In this document: positions 30,185-40,273 of the stretch, in pieces
How positions within the stretch are numbered: the stretch's first letter is position 1
How the letters are laid out: each line of letters opens with the position of its first letter
Source: Candidatus Eiseniibacteriota bacterium
Lineage (GTDB): Bacteria > Eisenbacteria > RBG-16-71-46
Length of the DNA stretch: 64,000 nucleotides
Reading direction: 5' to 3'
NCBI GenBank assembly: GCA_031370785.1
Contig: JANMQY010000042.1
Span: forward strand, 1-64,000
The notes under the pieces: model-generated
Seen by the model: only the letters and a program-made list of their open reading frames with translations
Databases searched by the model: none
What the model was told of the DNA's origin: nothing
Program-made: the position numbers and the translations under genes

Positions 30185-31480
30185 TCAACGCACCGCCGGG
30201 ATCACCAGCGGTTCCGCCGCGTGCTCTTCACGAACTTCCGCCGCGTTGATCAGCCAGTCGAGCGCCTTGCGCTCGAGCACCGATTCCTTGAGTCCCTGCC
30301 GCGCCTCGGACGAAAGATAGCGCGCCCTCACCCGCGACGCCTGTCGAGGGTCCGCCTCGACCATGCGCTGAATCTCCTGTCCCACTTCCTCGTCGCTCAC
30401 CTCGAGCTTCTCCTGCCGCGCCACCGCGGCCAGCAGCATCTCGCGGCGCAGCGAGCGCTCGACGTTGGGCCGGTAACGCCCCTCCAGCTCCGCGCGCAAC
30501 GGCACCTGGATCTCGCGGCCGCCGGTCGCCTCGTGGAGCACGCGCTCCAGCATGTACTCCACGAGCCGTTCGGGCAACTCGAAGCTGTTCTTCTGGACCA
30601 GAGCCTCGGAAATCGCCGCCTCCGTCTCGCGCTGGACCCGGACCCGCTCCTCACCCTCGAGGTTGAGACGCACCCGGGAGCGGAGCTCTTCGAGCGAGTC
30701 CAGCTTGAAGACCTCTCGAGCGAGGTTATCGTCCAGTTCTCTCAGCTTCTTCTCCTGGATTTTGCGCACCTTGATGACGTAGCGGACAGCCTTTCCGGCC
30801 ACTTCCGCCGCCGGATAGTCCGCCGGGTAGTTCACGGTGATGGTCCGCTCCTGACCGGCCTCGGCCCCGAGCAGTCCGGCCTCGAGATCGGGCGGAACGC
30901 CCTCTGCCCCCAGCTCGATGCGCCGGGCCTTGGTCCTGCTCCCGCTCAGACGGCGCCCGTTGGCGTCGAGCCGGGTCGAATCCAGCAGCACCACATCCCC
31001 GCGCCGCGCCGGCCGCTCCACGTCCACGAACACCGCGGTGTCGTCGAGCAGGCTGGCCAGCACGCGCTCGACCGCGGCCTCGTCCACCGGCTGCAGCCGG
31101 CGGGTGACCGGAATGCCGCGATAGTCCCTGGCCTCGATCTCGGGCCGCACGTCCACCAGGGCCTCGAAGCGCAGGGGTTCCCCGGGGGAGAATCGCAGGT
31201 TTCTCACGAGAGGCGGGACGACCGGACTCAGTCGCGCCTGGTCCACGGCTTCGCCGGTCACTCGGGGCAGATAGCGCTCGAGGAATTCCTGTTCGACCGA
31301 GGCGGCGAAATGCTGCCGGACCATGTCGAGCGGCACCCGGCCCTTGCGGAAGCCCGGCATCGCGGCGCGACGCTGGATCTGGCGCGCCACCTCGTCGATG
31401 CGGCGCTCCACCTCTTCCACGGGGACTTCGATGTCCAGCGCGTGCTGCCAAGCGCCGGTCGAGCGAACCGATAGGTTCAT
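30185..31480 (-). CDS. tig: Trigger factor
   Basis: PGFRKGRVP signature, FKBP-like middle domain, tig-clpP-clpX-lon order. Confidence 0.93.
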   Translation of the reverse strand: MNLSVRSTGAWQHALDIEVPVEEVERRIDEVARQIQRRAAMPGFRKGRVPLDMVRQHFAASVEQEFLERYLPRVTGEAVDQARLSPVVPPLVRNLRFSPGEPLRFEALVDVRPEIEARDYRGIPVTRRLQPVDEAAVERVLASLLDDTAVFVDVERPARRGDVVLLDSTRLDANGRRLSGSRTKARRIELGAEGVPPDLEAGLLGAEAGQERTITVNYPADYPAAEVAGKAVRYVIKVRKIQEKKLRELDDNLAREVFKLDSLEELRSRVRLNLEGEERVRVQRETEAAISEALVQKNSFELPERLVEYMLERVLHEATGGREIQVPLRAELEGRYRPNVERSLRREMLLAAVARQEKLEVSDEEVGQEIQRMVEADPRQASRVRARYLSSEARQGLKESVLERKALDWLINAAEVREEHAAEPLVIPAVR

Positions 31481-31537
31481 GAGCCGACTTCACTCCATCG
31501 CAAGGGGGGGTCGGAAGTTCGAGAGAAGGAGAACGAC

Positions 31538-31619
31538 TGCGAGAGGGGGGATTTGAACCCCCATGAGTTACCCCACCGGATCCTAAATCCGGCGCGTCTG
31601 CCAGTTCCGCCACTCTCGC
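31538..31619 (-). tRNA. tRNA-Leu(UAG), CCA not encoded
   Basis: Acceptor GCGAGAG/CTCTCGC, anticodon arm CCGGA-TTTAGGA-TCCGG, variable arm, GGGGG-TTCAAAT-CCCCC; classic position before tig. Confidence 0.96.
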
Positions 31620-31724
31620 TGAAGAACGGCACACCGGAGCGGATGACCGCACGCGCGCGCCGCCTTTCCCTGGCGAACCGGCGCGCCACGAGGAGCACGC
31701 GTGAATGGCATTCGAGTCCGCGAC

Positions 31725-31733
31725 AGTATAGCA
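31725..31733 (-). promoter_or_regulatory. Extended -10 element for tRNA-Leu/tig
   Basis: TGCTATACT. Confidence 0.55.
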
Positions 31734-31793
31734 CAGCAGCGGACGCGGCTTTACCGGCGCGGTCCTAAGGGTTCGCCCGGGCCGGGGCGCCGC

Positions 31794-32936
31794 TCAGCGC
31801 AAGCGCAGAGTGCCGACCACCCGCTCATCGTACGACTGCGGGGTGCCGGCGCGATCGATGACCCGATGCGTGAGGCCGATCTCGGCGCGCACCTCGCCGA
31901 ACTTCCAGCCGAACCCGACTCCGTACAGTGCGGCGCGGGCCTCGGGCACATCCGTCTGCTGCTCCGACCCCAGCCCGAAGCGCACCGTCCACGGATCGCG
32001 CGCATCGTGGTACTCGCCGGCGATCGCCCAACTCGCGCCAGCGCCGGTGGTCACATCGAAGCCCTTCCATTCGGCGGCGGCGCGTCCGGCCGCCGCGACC
32101 AGTACCCGGAACGCCGGATCGAGATCGAGACGCGCCGAGAGTCCGCCTTCCCATCCCGAGGCGCGGGTCGCATCGATTGGAGAGCTGCTCGAACCGCTCA
32201 CCAGATCCGCGCTCTGCGTGCCGCTCAGCGACAGCTCGGGCATGAAGCGCAACGAAGCGCCGAGCGTGAGCCCACGACCCATCGCGTGGCCCTCGACCCT
32301 TGCCCCGAGAGTGCCACCCACGCCGTCGCCCGAGAACCCGGCGCGATTGACGCCCGAGGCGGGAGAACCGTCTTCGATGTCGGTCTGATACACGTCATCC
32401 CGGTGCGTCCATTCTCCGGCTGCGCCCACGCGCGCTAGCCCCAACGGAAACGAGACGCCCACCCCGCTGCGCAGCTCGCGCGAGGTGACGCTCGACCTGA
32501 CCGTCGCCGGCGTCCCCGGATCGAGCGCGGTGCCAGCGACGTACGCGTTGTCCTCGAGGCGAAGCACGGGCTGCACGAGGTAGGCAGCGACGAGCAGGGG
32601 CCCCAGCGGCATCGACGCCCACGCCCCGGCGAAGTCGATGTACGCGCCCTGATCGTCGAACTGCCGATTCGACGCGCTCAGATCCTGCCGGCTGTTGTGT
32701 TGGATCACCGGGGACACCTGGACCGCGGGGCCCCCCCGAATCGCGGGGTTGTCGAACGGCTCATCGCCCAGCCAGCGGTCCGCGAGCGCGAGCGCGGCCG
32801 AGGAGGCCGAGCCGGCTGCGGAGACCGAGCCCGGAAACGAGAAGCGCATCGGGGTGATGGGCGATGGTGGCTTGGCGAAGGCGGCCGCAGAGATGAAGCA
32901 GGCGGCGAGCCCGAGTGCGACTGGAATGCGTCTCAT
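31794..32936 (-). CDS. Exported protein, probable outer-membrane beta-barrel (distantly FadL/PorV-like)
   Basis: Signal peptide ending AFA; ASSAALALAD...DNPA hatch-like segment; many amphipathic strands (YGVGFGWKF, RAEIGLTH). Confidence 0.55.
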   Translation of the reverse strand: MRRIPVALGLAACFISAAAFAKPPSPITPMRFSFPGSVSAAGSASSAALALADRWLGDEPFDNPAIRGGPAVQVSPVIQHNSRQDLSASNRQFDDQGAYIDFAGAWASMPLGPLLVAAYLVQPVLRLEDNAYVAGTALDPGTPATVRSSVTSRELRSGVGVSFPLGLARVGAAGEWTHRDDVYQTDIEDGSPASGVNRAGFSGDGVGGTLGARVEGHAMGRGLTLGASLRFMPELSLSGTQSADLVSGSSSSPIDATRASGWEGGLSARLDLDPAFRVLVAAAGRAAAEWKGFDVTTGAGASWAIAGEYHDARDPWTVRFGLGSEQQTDVPEARAALYGVGFGWKFGEVRAEIGLTHRVIDRAGTPQSYDERVVGTLRLR

Positions 32937-32938
32937 GA

Positions 32939-34156
32939 TCACGCTCCGTATTTGTCGAGACGCCCGGCGTTGGCAAGCAATACCGCAATCAGATCGCGGC
33001 TGGCAAGCACTCCGAGGCTGCCCGCCCGCGCGGTGCGCTCGCAGAAACGCGGCGCGAGGTCGGCCCCGGCGAACTCGGCGTGCACCATGACCGGCACCGG
33101 ATGCCAGGAATGGCCCTTCATCGGGACTGGAGTCGAGTGGTCGCCGGTCACGCACAGCACGTCGGGAGCCAGGGCCAGCAGGGCCGGCAACGCGGCGTCC
33201 ACCTGCTCGATGGTGGCGACCTTGGCTTCGAAGTTCCCGTCCTCGCCGGCCATGTCGGTGCCCTTGATGTGGATGAAGAAGTAGTCGAACTCGCCCCAGC
33301 GCGAGGCCGCGGTCGCAAACGCCTGCTGCGCGCCGTCGGCAGTCGGGATCACGCTCATCCCCGCCAGCTCCGCGACCCCGCGATACATCGGGTATGCAGC
33401 GATCGCGCACGCGCGCAGCTTGAACCGCTCGAGATAGCCCGCCAGATGCGGGCGCGCCGAGAGCCCGCGCACCAGCACGGCGTTGGCGGGATGCTCGCCC
33501 TCGAGGATTTCGCGCGCGCGGGCGATGAAGGCATTCACGATGCGCGCGGCCTTCTCCGACCCCGGATCCTTTCCCAGCGCGTGCGCGGGAGGGATCGGCT
33601 TGCCCTCGTGATGCGGATCGGCGTCGCTCACCTCTCCCGCGAGGCCCGGGCCACGCAGCACCACGACGAAGCGATGACCCATGCCGGCGCGCATCACCAG
33701 GTCCACGTCTTCGATGGGTGCGACAGCGCTGGTGAGCTTTGCCACGAGTTTCGCACTGATCTCGCCCGAGATCCGGCCGGCGCGACGGTCGGCGACGATG
33801 CCGGCGCCATCCACGGTGCAGAAGTTGGCGCGCGCCGCCACGTCGCCCTTCTGCAGCGGCACGCCGGCGCCGAGCGCCTCGAGCACGCCGCGTCCGACCT
33901 GGTGATCGATGGGGTCGTAGCCAAACAGACCCAGGTGACCCGGGCCGCTGCCGGGAGTGATGCCGGGCGCGACCGGCAGCAGGCGCCCGAGCGCCGAGCG
34001 CGGCACGATCGCATCGAGGTTGGGAGTGCGCGCCGCTTCGAGCGGAGTCCGATCGGCGCGCTCGGAATTCGGAAGATCGCCGAGTCCGTCGAGCACCAGC
34101 AGCACGATCCTGGTCGAGTTTTGGAGAACCAGAGTTTCCAGCACCGGGCGAATCAC
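32939..34156 (-). CDS. apgM: 2,3-BPG-independent phosphoglycerate mutase, ApgM type
   Basis: LDGLGD, TPLEAARTPNLD, PGSGPGHL, HIKGTDMAGED, TGDHSTP, HSWHPVP. Confidence 0.9.
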   Translation of the reverse strand: MIRPVLETLVLQNSTRIVLLVLDGLGDLPNSERADRTPLEAARTPNLDAIVPRSALGRLLPVAPGITPGSGPGHLGLFGYDPIDHQVGRGVLEALGAGVPLQKGDVAARANFCTVDGAGIVADRRAGRISGEISAKLVAKLTSAVAPIEDVDLVMRAGMGHRFVVVLRGPGLAGEVSDADPHHEGKPIPPAHALGKDPGSEKAARIVNAFIARAREILEGEHPANAVLVRGLSARPHLAGYLERFKLRACAIAAYPMYRGVAELAGMSVIPTADGAQQAFATAASRWGEFDYFFIHIKGTDMAGEDGNFEAKVATIEQVDAALPALLALAPDVLCVTGDHSTPVPMKGHSWHPVPVMVHAEFAGADLAPRFCERTARAGSLGVLASRDLIAVLLANAGRLDKYGA

Positions 34157-34169
34157 GTACGCACACCGC

Positions 34170-34646
34170 TCATGCGCGGGGAGCAAGCGGCTGGACCACT
34201 TCGGTCTTCCACCGGGCCGGGTCGGGCTCGACTCCGGGGCCGGTCACGTACAGCTCCCAGTTGGGTCCCGCCGCGGCGCGGCCGTGCGACTTCGCCCACG
34301 CGGTGAGCGCGGCCCCGGCATCGGGCAGGCTGCGGTAGGGCCCGACGTGAACCGTGGAAACCACCTCGCCCGCGGGCAGCGTGCCCGCCTTGATGCGTCC
34401 CTTGCCTTTGATTCCCGGCGGCACCGGAAGGCCGGCCTCGATCACCACTTCCTCGGGGCCGATTTCATGGTATCGCGTGAACGGCGGTCCGGCGGGCGTC
34501 CCGCCCTGCGCGGTGATGTACTGCCAGACCTCGGGCAGAAACTCCCCAATCGTCGCGCTCAGGTTCGTGATGCGGGTCCGTCCGGTGATGCTCAGCGTCG
34601 GCTGGGCCGCCACGTTCTTCACCGCAACCTCGTACTCGTGGCCCAT
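34170..34646 (-). CDS. GyrI-like small-molecule-binding protein
   Basis: PAGPPFTRY, LPAG, HVGPY, WELYVTGP. Confidence 0.85.
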   Translation of the reverse strand: MGHEYEVAVKNVAAQPTLSITGRTRITNLSATIGEFLPEVWQYITAQGGTPAGPPFTRYHEIGPEEVVIEAGLPVPPGIKGKGRIKAGTLPAGEVVSTVHVGPYRSLPDAGAALTAWAKSHGRAAAGPNWELYVTGPGVEPDPARWKTEVVQPLAPRA

Positions 34647-34657
34647 CGCACTCCCCC

Positions 34658-35194
34658 TCAGCCCGCGAGTCCGTAGCGTTCGCGCAGCAGCGCGACGTGA
34701 TGCCGCTCGTGGCCGGCGATGATCCAGGCCAGCGTGCGGACGCTCACCGCCTGGCGGTTCGCCTCGCCCTGGCGCTCGAGTGCAGCGGGTTCCAGCGCGC
34801 CGAAGAACGCAAGCGTGGCGCCTCGCACCGCGCCGCAGGCGTCGGCGAGCTGCGCCACCGGGAAACGGTCGCAGTTCGCGGCCGGCACGTAGGTCGTCTC
34901 GTCGAAACCCGGAAGCGGCGTGGCATCCGCGCGCGCGAACCGCATCGCGCGGTACGAGAACACGCGCTCGGCGTCCGTCAGGTGACCGAGCGTGTCCTTC
35001 ACGCTCCACTTGCCGGGCGCGTAGCGATGGAGCGCCTGCGCATCGGTCAGGGTCCGCGTCAGACGCAGCGTGCCTTCGATCTGAGTGGCGAGCGCCTCGA
35101 GCGCGTCGTCTCCGGGCACGAGGTCGATGTACTTCCCGTAGTAGGGCGCGAATTCGCCCGCGGCCGGGCGCGGGATCACGAGTGTTGCGGGCAT
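34658..35194 (-). CDS. DinB/YfiT family protein
   Basis: YAPGKWSVK..LGH..D.ER, PLPGFDE, GHERHH. Confidence 0.9.
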   Translation of the reverse strand: MPATLVIPRPAAGEFAPYYGKYIDLVPGDDALEALATQIEGTLRLTRTLTDAQALHRYAPGKWSVKDTLGHLTDAERVFSYRAMRFARADATPLPGFDETTYVPAANCDRFPVAQLADACGAVRGATLAFFGALEPAALERQGEANRQAVSVRTLAWIIAGHERHHVALLRERYGLAG

Positions 35195-35418
35195 GAGGCG
35201 GCTCCCAGAAGTGAAGAAGTCTCGAATGATCGCGGGATGCGCGGAGTCTACACCATGGCCTGCGACCGCCGCGACGGGATCGCGGCGCACCAGTTAAGAC
35301 GCGGCGTCGCTCGGGCAGTGGTGCGGCGCTTGTCTGGGGCCGGTCGCCTCCCCTATTCTCCGGCGCCGGTTTTCCAGAGGTTCGACCCGTCAATCAACCA
35401 GTGCGGAGACTCTTCTCG

Positions 35419-36285
35419 ATGGCGATCAAGAAAGTAGGCGTGGTGGGCTGCGGACTGATGGGCTCGGGCATCAGCCAGGTGAGCGCACAGGCCGGGTTCC
35501 CGACCGTCGTGCACGAAGTGTCGCCGGCCGCGCTCGAGCGGGGCATGGGCCTGATCACCAAGTTCCTGAAAGGGGGCGTCGAGAAGAGCAAGCTGACTCA
35601 GGCCGACATGGACAGGACGCTCGCCAACATCAGCACGACGACCGAGCTCAAGGATCTGGCGGATTGCGACCTGGTGATCGAGGCGATCGTCGAAAACCTG
35701 CAGGCGAAGAGGGATCTGTTCGGCGCGCTCGATTCGATCGTGAAGCCCGGCGCGATCTTCGCCTCCAACACTTCGAGCCTGCTGATCACCGAGATGACCA
35801 CGTTCGTGAAACGCCCCGAGAACTTCATCGGCCTGCACTTCTTCAATCCGGTGCCTCTGATGAAGCTGGTCGAGGTGGTGAAGACGGTGCGCACCAGCGC
35901 CGAGAGTCTGAAGGCCGCGAACGAGTGGGTGGTCAGGATCGGCAAGACCGCGGTGAACTGCGGCGACTCGACCGGGTTCGTCGTCAACCGGCTTCTGGTG
36001 CCCTATATGCTCGACGCGATCCGGGTGTTCGAACAGGGGCTCGCGGGGCGTGACGACATCGACAACGCCATGAAGCTGGGATGCGGCTACCCGATGGGGC
36101 CGCTGTTCCTCACCGACTACGTGGGCATCGACACCACCTACTACATCTCGCAGATCATGTTCGACGAGTTCAAGGAGCCGCGCTTCGCCGCGCCGCCGCT
36201 GCTCAAGCGGATGGTGCTGGCCGGTCTTCATGGTCGCAAGACCGGTCGCGGCTTCTACGACTGGAGCACCAACCCCCCGTCGTGA
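35419..36285 (+). CDS. hbd: 3-hydroxybutyryl/3-hydroxyacyl-CoA dehydrogenase
   Basis: GCGLMGSGI, EAIVE, ASNTSS, HFFNP, GFVVNR, PMGP. Confidence 0.92.
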   Translation: MAIKKVGVVGCGLMGSGISQVSAQAGFPTVVHEVSPAALERGMGLITKFLKGGVEKSKLTQADMDRTLANISTTTELKDLADCDLVIEAIVENLQAKRDLFGALDSIVKPGAIFASNTSSLLITEMTTFVKRPENFIGLHFFNPVPLMKLVEVVKTVRTSAESLKAANEWVVRIGKTAVNCGDSTGFVVNRLLVPYMLDAIRVFEQGLAGRDDIDNAMKLGCGYPMGPLFLTDYVGIDTTYYISQIMFDEFKEPRFAAPPLLKRMVLAGLHGRKTGRGFYDWSTNPPS

Positions 36286-36791
36286 TCGCCGACCCCGCGC
36301 TCCGCGGGCGGGCGGTAGCCGCATTTTTCGTCGCGGTCGAACCCGCCCTGTTCGCCGACCTCGACGAGTCGGGCGTGCTGCCGCGCGCCGACGAGATCCG
36401 ATCCGCCGCCATCCGCGGCGAGTGGCAATGCTTCGCGCTCTACGCCTGCGTCCGCGGACTGGTCGCGGCCGGCGGCTTCAACCGCGAGACCGCGCTCGCC
36501 ATCGACGCGCTGCATCAGGACGTGCTCGAGGCATGGCGCCTCGAGAGCGGCGAGGGGCCGGCGTTCGATGAGCGGCGTGCGCGGATCGCCGAGCGCTACG
36601 CCGAGTACGGACGGATCGGGCAGGAAGGCGGCGCCTCAGGCGCAGCGACGGTCACGCAACGTCTCGGCGAAGCGGCCGCCCGCCACATCGCCGGCGACAA
36701 GGCGGCGCACCCGGATCTCGCCGCGCTGATCGGTGGGCTGCACGAGGCGCTGGCCGAGGGTGCGGCCGAGGCGATTCGCCGTGCCGAGTGA
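36282..36791 (+). CDS. Hypothetical alpha-helical protein
   Basis: GTGA overlap with the hbd stop; protein-like composition; overlaps the next gene. Confidence 0.6.
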   Translation: MIADPALRGRAVAAFFVAVEPALFADLDESGVLPRADEIRSAAIRGEWQCFALYACVRGLVAAGGFNRETALAIDALHQDVLEAWRLESGEGPAFDERRARIAERYAEYGRIGQEGGASGAATVTQRLGEAAARHIAGDKAAHPDLAALIGGLHEALAEGAAEAIRRAE

Positions 36792-37338
36792 GCGGCCCGG
36801 CGCGAGCCCGTTCCCGGATGTCGCGTATCCTCCGCTCGCGCCGCTGATCGACGTGATCGCGCGGCTCGAGCGCGCCGGCATCGAGTGCGCGCTCGGTGGC
36901 AGCGCGCTGCTTGCCCACCTTCACCTGACCCGCGAGGTGCGCGACTGGGACGTCACCGCCGAGGCCGACCTCGCTGAGATTCGTGTGGCGCTCGGCGGTC
37001 TCCCCGGCGAAGAGTTCGGCGAGAGCGGCGTGCACGCGGACCACAAGCTGGCCCTCACCGGCCTCGACGTCGAGGTGATTGCGCGCCTCGCGTTTCGCAC
37101 CGCTCGCGGCGTCTGCCGGATCCCGACCCGGATCAGCGCGCGGGTAGAGGGCATCCCGATGGCGAGCCCTGAAGCCTGGGCCGTCGCGTATGCGCTGCTC
37201 GAGCGCGCGGACAAGTCCGAGCTGCTGTTCGGGTATCTCGCGAGAAGCGGCGCGGAGCGCGAGGTGTGCGAGGCGTTCCTCGCCCAACCGCTGCCCGACC
37301 CGCTTGCCGCACGGCTCAGGCGCCTGCCCTTCAAGTAG
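36781..37338 (+). CDS. Pol-beta-superfamily nucleotidyltransferase-like protein
   Basis: ALGGSALL...RDWDV (G[GS]..DxD) and a later DVEVI strand; start approximate. Confidence 0.6.
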   Translation: MPSERPGASPFPDVAYPPLAPLIDVIARLERAGIECALGGSALLAHLHLTREVRDWDVTAEADLAEIRVALGGLPGEEFGESGVHADHKLALTGLDVEVIARLAFRTARGVCRIPTRISARVEGIPMASPEAWAVAYALLERADKSELLFGYLARSGAEREVCEAFLAQPLPDPLAARLRRLPFK

Positions 37339-37837
37339 TGCGTGAAGTGTCGAGCAGGGCGCGGAGCGCGTTCTCCGGGAGACCGTACTGGTACCAGTCG
37401 GTGTTCGCGCGCATCGCGCCCAGCGCTTCGTAGAAGCGAATGGATGGCTCGTTCCAGTCGAGCACGTTCCAGTCGAGGCGGAAGCATCCGCGCTCGAGCG
37501 CGCGACGCGCGACCGCTTCGAGCAGAGCACGGCCCGCTCCGTTTCCGCGATGCGCCTCATCGACGAACAGGTCTTCGAGCCACATCATCGGACGGGTGCG
37601 GAACGAGGAGTAAGTCGGATAGAAGAGCGCGTAGCCGATCAAGACGCCCTCAGCTTCGGACACCACGCACTCGAGCAGCGGCCCCGGTCCGAACAGATGC
37701 TCGCCGAGCGCCTCGCGCGATCCGACGACGAATTCCTGCAATCGTTCGTACCGGGCGAGCGCGTGCACCATCTCCCAGATACGCGCGAGATCTTCCGGGC
37801 GTGCGGGCCGTACCCTGGCGGCTTCGGGCGCGCTCAC
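37331..37837 (-). CDS. GNAT N-acetyltransferase (diamine acetyltransferase-like)
   Basis: [35 protein letters not shown]. Confidence 0.9.
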   Translation of the reverse strand: MSAPEAARVRPARPEDLARIWEMVHALARYERLQEFVVGSREALGEHLFGPGPLLECVVSEAEGVLIGYALFYPTYSSFRTRPMMWLEDLFVDEAHRGNGAGRALLEAVARRALERGCFRLDWNVLDWNEPSIRFYEALGAMRANTDWYQYGLPENALRALLDTSRTT

Positions 37838-38253
37838 TCGCCGATCACCTTGATCAGGACGCGCTTCTTCCTCTTCCCATCGAATTCGCCGTAGAAGATC
37901 CGCTCCCACGGACCGAAGTCGAGCCGGCCTTTCGTGATCGCCACCACCACTTCGCGCCCCATCACCTGGCGTTTGAGATGCGCATCGGCATTGTCCTCGC
38001 CGGTGTCGTTGTGCCGGTACTGGGAGACGGGTGCGTGTGGCGCGAGCTTCTCGAGCCATACGTCGTAGTCGTGATGCAGACCGGACTCATCGTCGTTGAT
38101 GAAAACGCTGGCGCTGATGTGCATCGCGTTCACCAGCACGAGCCCTTCGCGCACGCCACTGGCCTCGACCGCGCGCTCGACCTGGGCGGTGATGTTCACA
38201 AAGCCGCGGCGTGCCGGCACGTTCATGGTCAGGTACTCGGTGTGGGCGAGCAT
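37834..38253 (-). CDS. yjbQ: YjbQ/UPF0047 protein
   Basis: [39 protein letters not shown]. Confidence 0.92.
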   Translation of the reverse strand: MLAHTEYLTMNVPARRGFVNITAQVERAVEASGVREGLVLVNAMHISASVFINDDESGLHHDYDVWLEKLAPHAPVSQYRHNDTGEDNADAHLKRQVMGREVVVAITKGRLDFGPWERIFYGEFDGKRKKRVLIKVIGE

Positions 38254-38322
38254 GGTTCGGAGCCTAGCAGACCTACGAATCGGCTTGAATCCGCCCCGCC
38301 GCCCCTCTAAAAAGAGTCGATC

Positions 38323-40242
38323 ATGCTCGCCGCAACGAAGCGCTCCGCCTCCGATCCGGGACCCGCGCTGGTCATGCTGTTCGCGGTGACCCTCGGCCTG
38401 GTCCTCCGGCTCACCCCGGGGCTGCTCGATCCCGGCATCCAGTTCCAGTCCGACGGAGCGTTCCACGCCCGCATGGTGAGGACGGTTCTGGAGAAGGGCG
38501 CACTGCCCGCACGCGACACGTTGAGCAACGCGCCCGAGGGTCGCGACGTCGGCGCGCTCCTGCCGCCCGGGCTCTATCACGCGGCTGCGGCTTTCCATCG
38601 GATGCTTCCATGGGGCGATGTCACCGGGGAGAGCGGACGCCGCGCGCTCGAGGTCAGCCTGATGGTGTTCGTGGCGCTGGCGGGGGCGCTGGTCGCGGTG
38701 CCGGCCTGGTTCGCCACTCGCGCAATCTCGGGAGATGTCCGCGGCGCGGCATGCGCGGCGCTTGCGATCGCGGTGCTGCCCGCCCACCTGCACCGCACGT
38801 TCGGCTACTGGCTTCGCTACGACGCACTTGGAACGCTGCTGATCGTGACCCATCTCGCGTTCCTGTTGCGCGCGCTCCGTCACCACCGCGGGGTATTCGA
38901 TTCGCTCGGCGCCGCGCTGGCGCTTGCGGCCGCGCTCGCGGTGTGGCGCGTCGCGCTGGTCATCCCCGCGCTCGAGGCCGCCTTCGTGCTTGGGCGCGTG
39001 GCGTGGCGCGGAGCGGAACGCGAGGTGCGAGACGCCTTTCTTCCCACCGCGCTGGTCGCGATACTCTCGTGCTTCGCTCTTCGATATCTCGCCGTGATGC
39101 GCTACGCGCTGAGCTTGCCCTCGCTTCTGGTGGTCGCCGCGGCGCTGGCGACGCTCGCTCCGAGGCTCAGGCCGGGTCGCGCACGCGCGGCGTGGCGGCT
39201 GACCGCGGTGGTCGGGCTGGTTGCGCTGGCATGGTTGGGCACACTGCTCGGCGGCACGCCGTCGCCCTATGCCTCGATCCTGCGTCTGCTCGCGGCGCGC
39301 GCATCGGGGGCGCGCTTTGCCGTCGACCCGATCACCTCGCTCATGCTCAACGTCGAGGAGCTGTTCGCGCTTCCGCCGCTCTATCTGTTCGCCCCGCAGC
39401 AACTGTTCGCGGCGGGAGTGTGGTTCGCGGCTGCGCCGCTGGTGCTGTTGTGGGGACGCGGTCGGGCCGGCATCGCGCGGGCGGCGCCGGCGTCGGCCCT
39501 GCTCGCGTTCTTCGCGCTCGCGTTGACGGCTTTGACGCTTCTGTTCTATCGCGACAAGGTCTTGCTCGCCCCGGTGGTTGCGATCGTGCTCGGCTGGGTG
39601 TGGGCGACGCTGCTGCGCGTGCCCGCCGCGAACGCCTCGGGAGCGGCGGCGCGCCGCGGAGGCGCGAAGCGCACGGGCGGCGGAACGAATCTCGCGCTCC
39701 GCCTCGCGTTCGTGGCGTGTCTGTCGGCCACCGCCGTCGCCGGCGGAATGCTCGCGCTGTCGCGTCGCTCGCGGCTCGATCCCGACCTCGACGCCGGCCT
39801 TCGCTATCTGCGCGAGCACACCCCAGCCGGCGCACGAGTCGCGAGCCTCTGGGAGTACGGCTACGACATCGAGAGCACTGCCGATCGCGCGACTCTGGTC
39901 GACGGCCTGCTCGAGAGTCCGCTCAATCAGCGACGCATTCTCGAGCTGGATGCGGCGTTCATGGCGCCCGGACCCGACTCGCTCGCGCACCTGTGCCGCC
40001 GGCGCGGTGCAGGCTGGGTGCTGGTGCCGCCCGCCGACCTGCTGTACACCGTCGCGCGGCTCACCAACGAGAAGCTCGCCGCCGACCTGCTGCGCGGAGA
40101 TCCCCCCGAAGGCGAGGACCTGAACCGGGCGCTGGTCCGCCTGATGCTGCCCGAGGCGGCGGCGCCACCGTTCGAGCCGATGTTCGCGAGCGGCGCGTGG
40201 CGCGTGTACCGAGTGAGCGGCGGCGCGCCCTCCAAACCTTGA
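38323..40242 (+). CDS. STT3/PglB/AglB-like GT-C transferase with divergent motifs
   Basis: [29 protein letters not shown], about 13 TMs, then [18 protein letters not shown] (cf. WWDYGY..TLVDG). Confidence 0.75.
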   Translation: MLAATKRSASDPGPALVMLFAVTLGLVLRLTPGLLDPGIQFQSDGAFHARMVRTVLEKGALPARDTLSNAPEGRDVGALLPPGLYHAAAAFHRMLPWGDVTGESGRRALEVSLMVFVALAGALVAVPAWFATRAISGDVRGAACAALAIAVLPAHLHRTFGYWLRYDALGTLLIVTHLAFLLRALRHHRGVFDSLGAALALAAALAVWRVALVIPALEAAFVLGRVAWRGAEREVRDAFLPTALVAILSCFALRYLAVMRYALSLPSLLVVAAALATLAPRLRPGRARAAWRLTAVVGLVALAWLGTLLGGTPSPYASILRLLAARASGARFAVDPITSLMLNVEELFALPPLYLFAPQQLFAAGVWFAAAPLVLLWGRGRAGIARAAPASALLAFFALALTALTLLFYRDKVLLAPVVAIVLGWVWATLLRVPAANASGAAARRGGAKRTGGGTNLALRLAFVACLSATAVAGGMLALSRRSRLDPDLDAGLRYLREHTPAGARVASLWEYGYDIESTADRATLVDGLLESPLNQRRILELDAAFMAPGPDSLAHLCRRRGAGWVLVPPADLLYTVARLTNEKLAADLLRGDPPEGEDLNRALVRLMLPEAAAPPFEPMFASGAWRVYRVSGGAPSKP

Positions 40243-40273
40243 GGCCTCCGCCAACCCTCTGCTAACGTGCCGC
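40239..40273 (+). promoter_or_regulatory. Promoter for the thiolase gene
   Basis: TTGAGG-18bp-TAACGT with TGn extension. Confidence 0.55.

Noticed and set aside
31794..34166. 790-aa ORF, and the 532-aa ORF at 54296-55894
   Set aside because: The N-terminal parts are off-frame overlaps with upstream genes; signal peptides mark the real starts at 32936 and 54988
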